NCBI RefSeq assembly: GCF_044704955.1
Contig: NC_091984.1
Coordinates: forward strand, 128,278,001 to 128,342,000
From: Pristiophorus japonicus
Taxonomy: Eukaryota
Reading direction: 5' to 3'
DNA: 64,000 bases
The translations under genes and the position numbers were made by a program. The notes below the pieces were generated by a model. It had not been told where the DNA came from, searched no databases, and saw nothing but the letters and a program-made list of their open reading frames with translations. The stretch's first letter is position 1. Every line of letters begins with the position of its first letter. Positions 25,250 through 38,066 of this stretch are shown here, piece by piece.

Positions 25250-26049
25250 CCTCCCTCTTTTTTCAATCTGCAATTTTTTGTTTTAGCTTTTTCTTATTTT
25301 AAATGTTTGCTAGTTAGCGGGGGGTGAACAACAGACTCTTCAAATAGTTATTCTAATCGTACATGATAAGTTACTGCTTGTGCTGCATATTATCTGTCTA
25401 TAACTTGGCTTCTGCGAACTTTGTAATTGTAAAAAATAAGTTGATTTATTGTTTTAGCATGTACAAAATGATTTAGTGATGTGAAGCTTTCTGCCTTCTG
25501 GATCGGCAAAAGATCTACTGGAAATTCAATTTAAATACCCGTGCACAGTGTTGCCAAGAAGTATAGTCATTATTAGCCCTGGGCTGCAATCATTACGTGC
25601 GGCTCGGAATGAAAGACACATGTTTCAAATTGAAAAGGAAGCAGTTTTCAGAAGCTGTCATCGGGAAGTTGCTGTGAGAAAATGGTGTTGGAAAAAGCCC
25701 AACCAGATCAGGTAATTTATATTGCCCACGGTTAACCATTATTTAGCATAATTGCTACATATGGAATTTTCATAGGATTCCCACGACATTTCCTGGTCCG
25801 TCTGGACTGTAGAAATTATCAAATACCCAAGGAAAGTATTTCTTATCCAACTTACTTACAATTAATAATTTACAGCAGCAACTCTGCAGTGCAAGTAATA
25901 ATTTTGAATACATCCATCTAGAAGGATTGCTTGAAGAATCACTTGTTCTCCCAGTGGCTTCAAGTCACCCGCTTACAGTGTCAGGATTTAGTATGTATCT
26001 GAATGCCTAAAGCATTCAAAACAAAATTGGAGAGTTAGAAGCATTAATA

Positions 26050-26538
26050 TTCATAGGATTACATAGAATATATGGCACAGAAATGGGCTGTTTGACCCAA
26101 CCAGTCCATGCCGGTGTTTATGCTCCACTCGCGCCTCCTCACATCCTTCCTCATCTAACTATCAGCATAATCCTCTGTATCCTTCACCCCCATATGCTTA
26201 TCTAGCTTCCCCTTAATTGCATCTAAACTATTCACCTCCACTTCTCCCTATGGTAGCGAGTTACACATTCTCAGCACTCTCTGGGGAAAGAAGTTTCTTC
26301 TGAATTCTCTATTTGATTTATTGGTAACTATCTTGAAATATTGATGACCTCAAGTTTTGCTATTCCCCACAAATCTCTCTGTGTCTACTTTGTCAAAACC
26401 TCTCCAAATTTTAAAGGCCTCTATTAGGTCACCCCTCAGCCTTCTCTTTAGACCCAGCCTGTTCATCCTTTTATGATAGATATAACGACACGATTTTGCT
26501 TTCATCCTTGCAAGTCTTTTTTGTACCCTCTCCAGTAT
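26050..26538 (-). mobile_element. Older CR1 3' fragment
   Basis: LERVQKR..RLGL.RRLRGDLIEAFKI motif. Confidence 0.8.
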
Positions 26539-28243
26539 CATAGAAACATAGAAATATAGAAAATAGGTGCAGGAGTAGGCCATTCAGCCTTTTGAGCCTG
26601 CACCACCATTCAATAAGATCATGGCTGATCATTCACTCAGTATCCCTTTCCTGCTTTCTCTCCATACCCCTTGATCCCCTTAGCCATAAGGGCCATATCT
26701 AACTCCTTCTTGAATATATTCAATGAACTGGCATCAACAACTCACCGTGGCAGGGAATTCCACAGGTTAGCAACTCTGAAGAAGTTTCTCCTCATCTCAG
26801 TCCTAAATGGCCTACCCCTTATCAGTTCAGTTTTGGTCTCCTAATCGGAGGAAGGATGTTCTTGCTATTGAGGGAGTGCAGCGAAGGTTCACCAGACTGA
26901 TTCCCGGGATGGCAGGACTCACATATGAGGAGAGACTGGATCAACTCTCCTGGTTCTGGACTTCCCCAACATCGGGAACATTCTACCCGCATCTAACCTG
27001 TCCCCGTCCCATCAGAATCTTATATGTTTCTATGAGATCCCCCCCTCATCCTTCTAAACTCCAATGTATAAAGGTCCAGTTGATCCAGTCTCTCCTCATA
27101 TGTCAGTCCTGCCATCCTGGGAATCAGTATGGTGAACCTTCGCTGCACTTCCTCAATAGCAAGAACATCCTTCCTCCGATTAGGAGACCAAAACTGAACA
27201 CAATATTCCAGGTGAGGCCTCACCAAGGCCCTGTACAACTGCAGTAAGACTTTCCTGCTCCTACACACAAATCCCCTAGCTATGAAGGCCAACATACCAT
27301 TTGCCGCCTTCACCGCCTGCTGTACCTGCATGCCAACTTTCAATGACTGATGAACCATGGTACCCAGGTCTCGTTGCACCTCCCCTTTTTCTAATCTGTC
27401 GCCATTCAGATAATATTCTGTCTTCGCGTTTTTGCCCCCAAAGTGGATAACCTCACATTTATCCACATTATACTGCATCTGCCATGCATTTGCCCACTCA
27501 CCTAACCTGTCCAAGTCACCCTGCAGCCTCCTAGCGTCCCCCTCACAGCTCACACCGCCAACCAGTTTAGTGTCATTTGCAAACTTGGAGATATTACACT
27601 CAATTCCTTCATCCAAATCATTGATGTATGTTGTAAATAGCTGGGGTCCCAGCACTGAGCCCTGTGGCACTCCACTAGTCACTGCCTGCCATTCTGAAAA
27701 GGACCCGTTTATCCCGATTCTTTGCTTCCTGTCTGCCAACCAGTTCTCTATCCACATCAGTATATTACCCCCAATGCCATGTGCTTTGATTTTGCACACC
27801 AATCTCTTGTGTGGGACCTTGTCAAAAGCCTTTTGAAAGTCCAAATACACCACATCCACTGGTTCTCCCTTGTCCACTCTACTAGTTACATCCTCAAAAA
27901 ATTCCAGAAGATTTGTCAAGCATGATTTCCCCTTCATAAATCCATGCTGACTTGGATCGATCCTGTCACTGCTTTCCAAATGCACTGCTATTTCATCCTT
28001 AATAATTGATTCCAACATTTTCCCCATTACCGATGTCAGGCTAACCGGTCTATAATTACCCGCTTTCTCTCTCCCTCCCTTTTTAAAAAGTGGTGTTACA
28101 TTAGCTACCCTCCAATCCATAGGAACTGATCCAGAGTTGATCGACTGTTGGAAAATGATCACCAATGCACTCACTATTTCGAGGGCCACTTCCTTAAGTA
28201 ATCTGGGATGCAGACTATCAGGCCCCAGGGATTTATCGGCCTT
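26539..28243 (-). mobile_element. 5'-truncated CR1 LINE with RT domain
   Basis: NYRPVSLTS, YLDFQKAFDKVPH, SGVPQGSVLGP, FANDTK; tail ATAGAAACATAGAAA; carries an internal inverted duplication. Confidence 0.95.
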
Positions 28244-28895
28244 TTTATAATATGGCGACCAGAACTGTGCACTGTGCTCCAAGTGAGATCTAACCAAGGT
28301 TCAATACAGGTTCAGCATAACTTCTCCATTTTCAAATTTAACCCTCTAAAAATAAACCTTAATGCTTGGTTTGCTTTTTAAATGACCTCATTGACCAGGG
28401 TTACAACGTTTAGTGATTTGTGTATTTGCACTCCCTTTGCTCCCCTACTCCATTTAGATTCTTTTTTTCCAAGTAATATGTGACCTCCTTGTTTTTCTTA
28501 CCAAAATATATTACCTCACATCTCACACTTACCTATGTTGAAATTCATTTGCCAATTATATGCCCACTCTTCAAGTTTATTAATGTGTTCTTGTAATTTG
28601 TTGCTGTCGTCCTCCTCAGTGTTACCAATCTCTCCCAATTTGATGTTGTCTGCAAATTTAGAAATTGTATTTTTGATTACAAAGTCTAAATTGTTAATAT
28701 AAATTGGTAACAACAGTGGTCCCAGCACTGATCCTGGTGGAACCCCACTTCCCACCTTCTGCCACTGTGCATAGCTACCCTTCACCCCTACTCTCTGCTT
28801 TTTGTCTTGCAGCCAGCGAGCTAACAATTCTGCTACTTGTCCCCTGACTCCGCGCGTTATTCATGAGTCTATTATGTGGCACCTTATCTAAGGCC
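28244..28895 (-). mobile_element. Older CR1 RT fragment
   Basis: SGVPPGSVLGPLL..INNLD..SKFADN. Confidence 0.8.
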
Positions 28896-29755
28896 TACAA
28901 TGGGATATCATTTGGTCATAATAAGATGTGATTTAGACTTGGTCAGGAATAAGAATTTAATATTCACATTTCTGGTGGGATAGGGAAAGATAAATTTTAG
29001 TAAATGATTGTATTGCATTGCCAGAATGTAAGAATGGGGTAATTTTAAAGCCAAAAATGGGTGATTTTGGTTCGGGTGGGAGGTTAAAATGTAAAAAATC
29101 TGTACAGGAACCCAACCCACCTTGAACCTGCTCACTTTTGGTTTTAACGTTGGGGGGGACAAGGGGCGGGTGACCAATCATTTGTCAGGAGGCGGGTCGG
29201 TAGTTAAAACCTTTTAAGGACACTGCGTGCCTTCATTTTTACAGGGTTTTTATTTTTAACTCACGTAGACGTGATTTTCCTGGTCTTGGAAGGTAAAAGG
29301 AAGTGCCTTACAGCACTGCAGGAGTGTTTCCTCCAGGTCCGACAAACTAACTCTGTTAAACCTCTCTCCCGCTACCTTCACAATCTCTCCCGACAACCCC
29401 CACCCCCGATCTCCCTCAGATTCCCACGCAATCACTGACACCCCATCTCCTGCAGACTCCCCACCAGCCGCCCCCCCCCCCAAAGGACCCACATTTACTT
29501 TTGTTAATCTTTTCCTTTTTGCATACTTATAGAAGCTTTTACAATCTTTTTATGTCTCTTGCTAGTTTACTCTCACATTCACTTTTCTCTTTCTTTATCA
29601 ATTTCTTGGCCATCCTTTGATGAATTTTACAATCCTCACAATCCTCAGGCTTACTGCTGTTTTTGGCAACATTATAAGCCTCTTCCTTTAATCTAATACT
29701 ATCTGTAACTTCTTTTGTTAGCCAGAGTTGGACTATTTTTCCTGGGGGTTTTATC

Positions 29756-31148
29756 ATCATAGGCAGTCCCTCGGAATCGAGGAAGACTTGCTTCCATTCT
29801 TAGCATGAGTTCTTAGGTGGCTGTACAGTCCAATACAAGAACCACGGCCTCTGTCACAAATAGGACAGATAGTCGTTGGAGGAAAGGGTGGGCAGGGAGC
29901 CTGGTTTGCCCATGCTCCTTCCGCTGCCTGCACTTGATTTCTGCATGCTCTTGGCGACGATACTCGAGGAGCTCAGCGCCCTCCCGAATGCACTCCCTCC
30001 ACTTAGGGCCGTCTATGGCCAGGGACTCCCAGGTGTCAATGGAAATGTCGCACTTTATCAGGGAGGCTTTGAGGGTGTCCTTGTAACGTTTCCGCTGGCC
30101 GCCTTTGGCTCATTTGCCGTGGACGAGTTCCAAGTAGAGCGCTTGCTTTGGGAGTCTCGTGTCTGGCATGCAAACTACATGGCCTGCCCAGCGGAGCTGA
30201 TCAAGTGTGGTCAGTGCTTCAATGCTGGTGATGTTGGCCTGGATGAGGATGCTAATGTTGGTGTGTCTGTCCTCCCAGGGGATTTGCAGGATCTTACGGA
30301 GACATCGTTGGTGGTATTTCTCCAGCGACTTGAGGTGTTTACTGTACATGGTCCAGGTCTCTGAGCCATACAGGAGGGTGGGTATTACTACGGCCCTGTA
30401 GACCATGAGCTTGATGACAGTTTTGAGGGACTGGTCTTCAAACACCCTTTTCCTCAGGCGGCCGAAGGTTGCACTGGCGCACTGGAGGCAGTGTTGGACC
30501 TCGTCGTCGATGCCTGCTCTTGTTGATAGGAGATTCCCGAGATAGGGGAAGTGATCCACGTTGTCCAGGGCCATGCCATGGATCTTGATGTCTAGGGGGC
30601 AGTGCTATGTGGTGAGGACAGGCTGGTGGAGGACCTTTGTCTTATTAATGTTTAGCGTAAGGCCCATGCTTTCATATGCCTCAGTAAATACGTCGACTAT
30701 GTCCTGGAGTTCAGTCTCTGTGTGTGCACAGATGCAGACATCGTCCGCGTACTGTAGCTCGATGACAGAGTTTGGAGTGGTCTTGGACCTGGCCTGGAGA
30801 TGGCGAAGGTTGAACAGCTTCCCACTGATTCTGTAGTTTAGTTCCACTCCAGCGGGGAGCTTATCAACTGTGAGGTGGAGCATGGCAACGAGGAAAATTG
30901 AGACGAGTTTGGGGCGATGACGCAGCCCTGCTTGACCCCGGGTCCGGATGTGAATTGGGTCTGTGATGGATCCGTTGGTGAGGATCATGGCCTGCATGTC
31001 GTTGTGGAGCAGGAGGAGGATGGCAACATACTTTTGGGGGCATCCGAAATGGAGGAGGATGCTCCATAGACCCTCGCGGTTGACAGTGTCAAAGGCCTTT
31101 GTAAGGTCAATGAAAGCCATGTATAAGGGCTGGCGCTGTTCCCTGCAT
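29756..31148 (-). mobile_element. 5'-truncated RTE LINE with TSD
   Basis: FIDLTKAFDTVNR, LQYADD, YGSETWT motifs; (ATG)n tail; TTTTATC duplicated at 29749-29755 and 31149-31155. Confidence 0.95.
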
Positions 31149-32069
31149 TTTTATCCGTTACGAGAATATATATTCGTTGTGAAGTATGAATTTATTCTTC
31201 AAATGTTTGCCATTGCTTATTTACTCTTAAATATTTTAATCTAGTTTCCAAATCTACATTAGCCAACTTGCCCCTCATACCTACGTAGTTTCCTTTGTTT
31301 GGATTTAAGACCTTCGTCTCATACTTAACAAAATCACTCTTAAACTCAATATAAAATTCTATCATATTATCATCACTTTTCCCCAGAGGCTCCTTTACTA
31401 GAGGTTTTTAATGAACCCTTTCTCATTGCACAATATTAGATCTAAAATAGCCTGTTCCCTAGTTGATTCATCAACATACTCATCTCGAAAATTATTTTGA
31501 ACACATTCCATGAACTCATCCTCCACATTATTGCTGCATATTTGGTTTGCCCAGTCTATATGAAGCTTAAAGTCCCCCATGATTACTGCATTGCCCTTGT
31601 TACATGCATTCTAATTTCCTGACTTTTTCTGTGCCCAACATTGCAGCTACTTTTCCGGGGCCTGTAAAATACTCCCACCACTTTTTTCTGCCCCTTGTTG
31701 TTGTTTAGCTCCGCCAAAATGATTATACTTCTTAAAATTTCTGAGCTAAGATCCTTTCTCTCTGCTGTCTTTAACCCATCCTTTTTTTTTTATCAGGGAT
31801 AAGCCCCCAAATCATTCTTCTCCCCTCCCCACTCCTTTTCCATTTTGCCTATCTTTTCCAAAAGTCAAGTATCCTGGAATATTTCATTCCCAACCTTGGT
31901 CACTCTGTAGCCTCGTAATTGCCATTCGATCAAACCCATTTATTTCTATCTGCGTTATTAATTCATCTATTTTGTTGCGAATGCTTTATGCATTCAGTGA
32001 TATAGTGCCTTTAGCTTTAACTTTTTCTATTTTTCCCTGATGTCACCTGTTACCTTTGTTAAGCTCTTT

Positions 32070-32800
32070 GGGCTAGAATTTCCATTGCATCGCCGTCCGG
32101 TTTCTCGGCAGTATTGGTCGTTTTGGGTGAGAACCAGGTCAGCTGAGTTCCACCGGCGGTTTCGAAATACCGCTGGGGAGCGGACCGCTGGTGTGCACCA
32201 TCCATAGACCGCCATCGCCCGATTTTTGGCTCAGCGGTGACCCGTAGGTAAGTATTTAAAAAAACGCCCACGAGAAGCAGCGGAGCTCGGCAGTGCTGGG
32301 CGGTAGGTAAGTAGCCCCGCAAAGTTAATGGGTTTTTAATTATTATTTTTAAATTCTCTTGCGGTGATTTAAGTGAAAAGGGTTTTCCTGATTTTTTTAA
32401 TTTACGTTTTTTGAAAAAATATTTTTTGTGTATTTCTCCTCCTAGGCCAAACCCGCAGCCTCAGTGTAAATTTTAATAATTATCACCCATTTTTATTAAC
32501 ATAGAAACATAGAAAGTAGGTGCAGGAGTCGGCCATTTTGCCCTTTGAGCCTGCACCACCATTCAATATGATCATGGCTGATCTTGCAACTTCAGTACCC
32601 CATTTCTGCTTTCTCTCCATACCCCTTAAGAACCGCCCAATCGGCCCAATTCCATTTTCCACCGAGAATCAGGGTGTAAGGTAAATTTTTTTTCGCTGGG
32701 TGGATTAAAAAAACAATTTTAATGGAATTTTTCGCCAACGATAATTTGAGAATCTTAGCGGTATTTTGGGCGGCAATCCGGCGATGGCAGATATTTTGGA
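32070..32800. mobile_element. Harbinger-type MITE containing a CR1 tail (32499-32627)
   Basis: Left end GGGCTAGAATTTCC resembles the 9409 TIR; CGCC-rich subterminal motifs; right end degenerate. Confidence 0.6.
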
Positions 32801-33549
32801 AATGCTCTCACTTTGTCCTTTTCTGACCCACTCTCTGCTTTTTTTTAACCCACATCACTACTCTGCTCCACAGCCTTAACATTTCTCTTGCAGCTTCTGA
32901 ATTTACCCTTTCCTGAATACTGCCACCCATCCCCCTTCATTGGTTTATCTACCTTCCTTGTCATTCAGTTCACCAATGCATTGGCCCAGCCCAGTTTTAA
33001 TGGAGTCCATCCCAATGGAACAGCTCTCTCTTTACCTAATATTTAGTTGGAGGAAGTTTCTGCTCATCGGACAAGCAGTGTGACAAATCAGAGACAGCGG
33101 GATGGTCCAGAGAGGTAGTGAGATCGAGCTAAGTTTCATCAGTGTACATGTGGAACCTGATGTGTTTTCATATGATCACTGAGGGATAACATGTAGATGA
33201 GAAATAGAAGAGAATCAAAGGATATATCATTGGGGAACTATAGATGGTAACAGTGCAGGAGTGGGAAGAGAAGGCATGAAGAAGAAGCTTTTATAATCAT
33301 ATAAAAAGTAAATTAAGATGTTCTCTTTAACCATTATTATTTATAAAATTATAAAAACCTTTATTATTTATGTTTATATTATTGGCTAGTCTTTTAGCCC
33401 TTTTAGCCCTTCTAATTTTACTTTACACCTCCCCTTCTCCTTTTCACACTATTTTTCTCATAATTTTCTTTAACATTGACAGATAAGGGTACCATAGTAG
33501 ATGTAATGTATGCAGATTTTCAGAAGGTGTTCAGTTAGATGATTCAGTT

Positions 33550-34505
33550 GACCTACATTGCCTCAAATTTTAATTTTTCAACTTTATATTTAAATCCTAC
33601 CCTGGCCTCACTCCTGCCTTCCGTGTAACTTCCTCCAGTACAGCAATGCCCCCCCTCCCCCTCGCCCAACTCTCTGTTCCACTGGCTCCAGCCTCTTCTA
33701 CATCCCCTTCTCTTTGCTCCACTATTGGCAGCCATGTTTCCAGCTGGCTAAGTCCCAATCTCTGGAATTCTTTATCTAAACCCCTCCACGTTGAAGACCT
33801 TCCTTGAAGCGCACCTTTAGGACCAAGCTTTTGGTTACCCTTCCTAATCTCTCCCTCTTGTATAACTTCGTTGTGCTTCTGTGGCACCTCGGCACATTTT
33901 TTGACATTAAAGGCATTATATAAATGCTGACAACAATATGTCCGTTAATGTTTTGACCATGTATCATTTGATTTAGTACCTTGGACAAAGATGCAGTGGT
34001 GGAAATTTATCTGGCTCTGTTATTGGGCCCAGAATTGACACCACGAAGACAGTCGCACACCCAACTGGAAGGCCTGGGCCTTGAGCTTTATGAAAAAATG
34101 TTATGCAAGCTACACAGGAAGCTTGTGCTTTTACTTTGAAGAATATCTCACTGCTTGCCTTGCTCCCTATCTCTGTAATCTCCTCCAGCCCCACAACCCC
34201 CCGAGATGTCTGCGCTCCTCTAATTCTGCCCTGCTGAGCATCCCTGATTAGAATTGCTCAACTGGTGGTTGTGCCTTCTGTTGCCTGGGCCCCAAGCTCT
34301 GGAACTCTCCGCCTAAACCTCTCCACCTCTCTACCTCTTTCCTCCTTCAAGACGCTCTTTAAAACCTACCTCTTTGACCACGCTTTTGGTCACCTGCCCT
34401 AATTTCTACTTATGCGACTCGGTGTCAAATTTTTGATCTCATAATACAACTATGAAAGGCCTTGGGTCATTTCACTACATTAAAGGCGCTATATAAATAC
34501 AAGTT
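33550..34505 (+). mobile_element. Two L2 3' fragments (33550-33930; 34165-34505)
   Basis: Match L2 ends at 15390-15745 and 55807-56350. Confidence 0.8.
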
Positions 34506-34506
34506 G

Positions 34507-35533
34507 GAATAAACAGGTTGTTTTCTGGCTGGTAAACAGTAACTAGTGGGGTGCCTCAGGGATCGATGCTGGGGTCTCAACTTGATATTAATGACTTGCA
34601 TGAAGGGACCGAGTGTAATGTAGCCAAGTTTGCTGATGATACAAAGATGGGTGGGAAAGCAAATTGTGAGGAGAACAAAAAATCTACAAAGGGATATAGA
34701 CAGGCTAAGTGAGTGGGCAAAAATGTGGCAGATGGTGTACAATGTGGGAAAGTGTGAGGTTATCCATTTTGGCAGAAAAATTAGATAAGAACATTATAAT
34801 TTAAATGGACAAAAATTGCAAAGTACTGCAGTACAGAGGGACCTGGGAGTCCTTGTGCATGAAACACTAAAATTTAGTAGGCAGGTGCAGCAAGTAATCA
34901 GGAAAGCAAATGGAATGTTGGCCTTTCTTGCAAGAGGGATAGAGTATAAAAGCAGAGAAGTCCTGCTACAAATGTACAGGGTATTGCTGAGGCCACACCT
35001 AAAGTATTGTGTACAGTTTTCATCTCCGTATTTAAGGAAAGATATACTTGCATTGGAGGCTGTTCACAGAAGGTTCACTAGGTTGATTCCTGAGTTGAGG
35101 GGGTTGACTTATGAAGACAGGTTGAGTAGGTTGGGCCTGTACTCATTGGCATTCAGAAGAATGAGAGGTGATCTTATTGAAACATTTAAGATAATGAGGG
35201 GTCTCGACAAGATGGATGCAGAGAGGATATTTCCATTCATCGGGGAAACTAAAACTAGGGGGGGACATAGTCTTAGAATAAGGGGCCGCCCATTTAAAAC
35301 TGAGATGAGGAGGAATTTCTTCTCTGAGAGTTGTAAATCTATGGAATTCTCTGCCCCAAAGAGAAGGCTGGGTCATTGAATATATTTAAGGCGGAGATAG
35401 ACAGATTTTTGAGCGATAAGGAAATAAAGAGATACGGGCAGCGAAATGGAGCTGAGTCCATGATCTTATTAAATGGCGGAGCAGGCTCGAGGGGTCAAAT
35501 GGCCTACTTCTGCTCCTATTTTTTATGTTCTTA
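34507..35533 (+). mobile_element. CR1 3' fragment
   Basis: SGVPQG, KFADDTK, ORF 34816-35379 (YRVLLRPHLKYCVQF). Confidence 0.92.
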
Positions 35534-35534
35534 T

Positions 35535-36325
35535 ATTGATGGTGGGGGATTTGACGATGGTAATGCCATTGAATGTTGTAGGGAGGTGGTTAGACTTTCT
35601 CTTGTTGGAGATAGTCATTGCCTGGCACTTGTTTGGCATGAATGTTAGCCCAAGCCTGAATGTCGTTCAGGTCTTGTTGCATTCGGGCATGGACTGCTTC
35701 ATTATCTGAGGAGTTGCGAATGGAACTGAACACTGTGCAATCAATAGTGAACATCCCCACTTCTGACCTTATGATGGAGGGAAGGTCATTGATGAAGCAG
35801 CTGAAGATGGTTGGGCCTAGGACACTGCCCTGAGGAACTCATGCAGCGATGTCCCCCAGCTGAGAGCTTGGCCTCCAACAACCACAACCATCCTCCTTTG
35901 CGCTAGGTATGACTCCAGCCAGTGGAGAGTTTTTCCCGTGATTCTATTGACTTTAATTTTACTAGGGGCCCTTGATGCCACACTCGGTCAAATGCTGCCT
36001 AGATGTCAAGGGCGGTCACTCTCACCTCACATCTGGAATTCATGTTTGGACCAAGGCCGTAATGAGGTCTGGAGCTGAGTGATCCTGGCGGAACCCAAAC
36101 TGAGCATGGGTGAGCAAGTTATTGGTGAGTAAGTGCCGCTTGATAGCACTGTTGACGACAGTTTCCATGATGATTGAGAGCTGGTGATGGGGAGGTAATT
36201 GGCTGGATTGGACTTATCATGATTTTTGTGGACAAGACAGAATACTGGGCAATTTTCCACTTGTCAGGTAGATGCCAGTGCTGTAGCTATACTGGAACAG
36301 CTTGGGTAGAGGTGCGGTTAGTTCT
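35535..36325 (-). mobile_element. CR1-group LINE (second family) RT fragment
   Basis: Homologous to 17215-17730. Confidence 0.85.
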
Positions 36326-36712
36326 TATGTATTGACTTACATGATTCAGTGCGCTAACTAAAATTTCCATTTCAAATAATTTCAAACTGTGTTCTTCTAG
36401 ATAGGTGCTAACAGCGCTGAAATTATTTTTACTTGATCCCTGCTAGGTTACAAAGTTAGTGATATAAAAATGCAGTTGTTTGCATGCATAATAAAGTTTG
36501 ACTGTTTTGTAACACGATCTGTGTTTATGTCATCTCAAGTGTTAGTTTCTCATCCAACGATACACAGAATTGTTTTGCCTCAGGTGTAGTCAGCATGGAG
36601 CATTGATTATGCTTTTAAAGTGCATCTCATTTGAAACTGTGTTCCATCGCGATATTGAGTCCGGTTGATAAGCATTTGTTGTTCAGGTAGAGAAAGAGGT
36701 TTCAAGCAGTGC

Positions 36713-36978
36713 TGGAGATTATACCTAGCTCAAAGGAAGATGGTTGTGGTTGTTGGAGGCCAATCATCTCAGCCCTGGGATATCGCTGCAGGAGTTCCTC
36801 AGGGCAGTGTCCTTGACCCAACCATCTTCAGTTGCTTCATCAATGACCTTCCCTCCATCATAAGGTCAGAATTGGGGATGTTCACTGATGATTGCACAGT
36901 GTTCAGTTCCATTCGCAACTCCCCAGTAATGAAGCAGTACGTGCCCGAATACAGCAAGACCTGGACAGCATACAGGCC
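36713..36978 (+). mobile_element. CR1-group LINE (second family) RT fragment
   Basis: AGVPQGSVLDPTIFSCFINDL..MFTDD. Confidence 0.85.
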
Positions 36979-37599
36979 ATGCGATCCGATTTTATCTCGG
37001 CGTGGTGGTGAAGCCTATGAAATTGCAGATGGGGATGTTCCCCTTCTAAGATCAGTAGGATAATACGTGTGATTCAGAAGGCAAGAATCGAAAGCGATAT
37101 TGATAAATCACCAAGGTCTTAAGATGTAAATGTGATCCGGCACAGAGAATGCACCCACTACAAGTGGTTTTATTGATGAGGACCAGCTCAATTTCATTGT
37201 CGCTTCTTCAAAAATAATGTAGCTTTCGAGTGGCCTGCATGACAGGATTGAACCCAGCAGAAACATTTCCTCCTGCATGCACCTTCTGGGAAGAATCGCA
37301 CTGAAATATTTATGTAGTTTGTTATATTTCACAGCCTTAACATGGTGCAGAAAGTGCCTGCTGATCAGCATTGTCACACACCATGTCCCCCCTGCTGATA
37401 CAAGAGCCTGTTAGATAACAGTAAAGCTCGTGGCCAGGTGGATAAGAGTGCCACTGCTTCACTGCTGATATATAGGTGTAAATCTCCCTCCGTTTTTAAT
37501 GTTATTGATAGAGTTGCATAAGCATAAAGTAGATTATTTTACTTTTTTTGCGCTAATATGAATGGATAGAGAAAATATGCTCCAATTAGATGACTGTAA

Positions 37600-38066
37600 A
37601 GAAAAAAAGACTTGGATTTATATGGCACCTTTCATGACCACCGGACGTCTTAAAGCACATTGCAGCCAATGAAGCACTTTTGGAGTATAGTACCTGTTGC
37701 ACTGTGGGAAACGCAACAGCCAATTTGCGCACAAGCAAACACCCCAAAAAAACAGAAATGTGTTAATGACCAGATAATCTGTTTTTTGTTATGTTGATTT
37801 AAGGATAAATATTGGCCAGGACACCGGGGATAACTGCCCTGCTCATCTTCAAAATAGTGCCAAGGGATCTTTTACATTCATCTGAGAGGGCAGACGGTGC
37901 CTCGGTTTAAGATCTCATCCAAAAGATGGCACCTCTGACAGTGCAGCTCTTCCTCAGCACTGCACTGGACTGTCAGCCTAGATTTTTGTGCTCAAGTCTC
38001 TGGAGTGGGACTTGAACTCACAATCTTCTGACTCAGTGGCAAGAGTGCTACCCACTGAGCCACAGC
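37600..38066 (-). mobile_element. tRNA-headed DeuSINE (SacSINE1-like)
   Basis: Minus strand: A box GGCTCAGTGGGTAGC, B box GAGTTCAAGTCCC, Deu-domain-like GGTGTCCTGGCCAATATTTATCC..CAGATTATCTGGTCATT, L2-like tail. Confidence 0.85.

Larger units (their letters stand above)
29493..33030 (-). mobile_element. Old CR1 copy (ORF1 esterase end + ORF2 endonuclease/linker) interrupted by an RTE and a MITE
   Basis: ELFHWDGLH (~33000-33030), MGDF..IDW...TREQAILDLILCNE (31398-31580), WLTKEV.DSIRLKEEAY (29539-29740). Confidence 0.75.

Noticed and set aside
27020-28297. 425-aa ORF as a single gene
   Set aside because: Chimeric: the first ~18 codons come from an older adjacent CR1, the rest from a truncated CR1 with a mutated catalytic motif (FAND).
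37990-38066. tRNA gene
   Set aside because: The A/B boxes belong to the SINE head, which continues into a Deu domain and L2-like tail.
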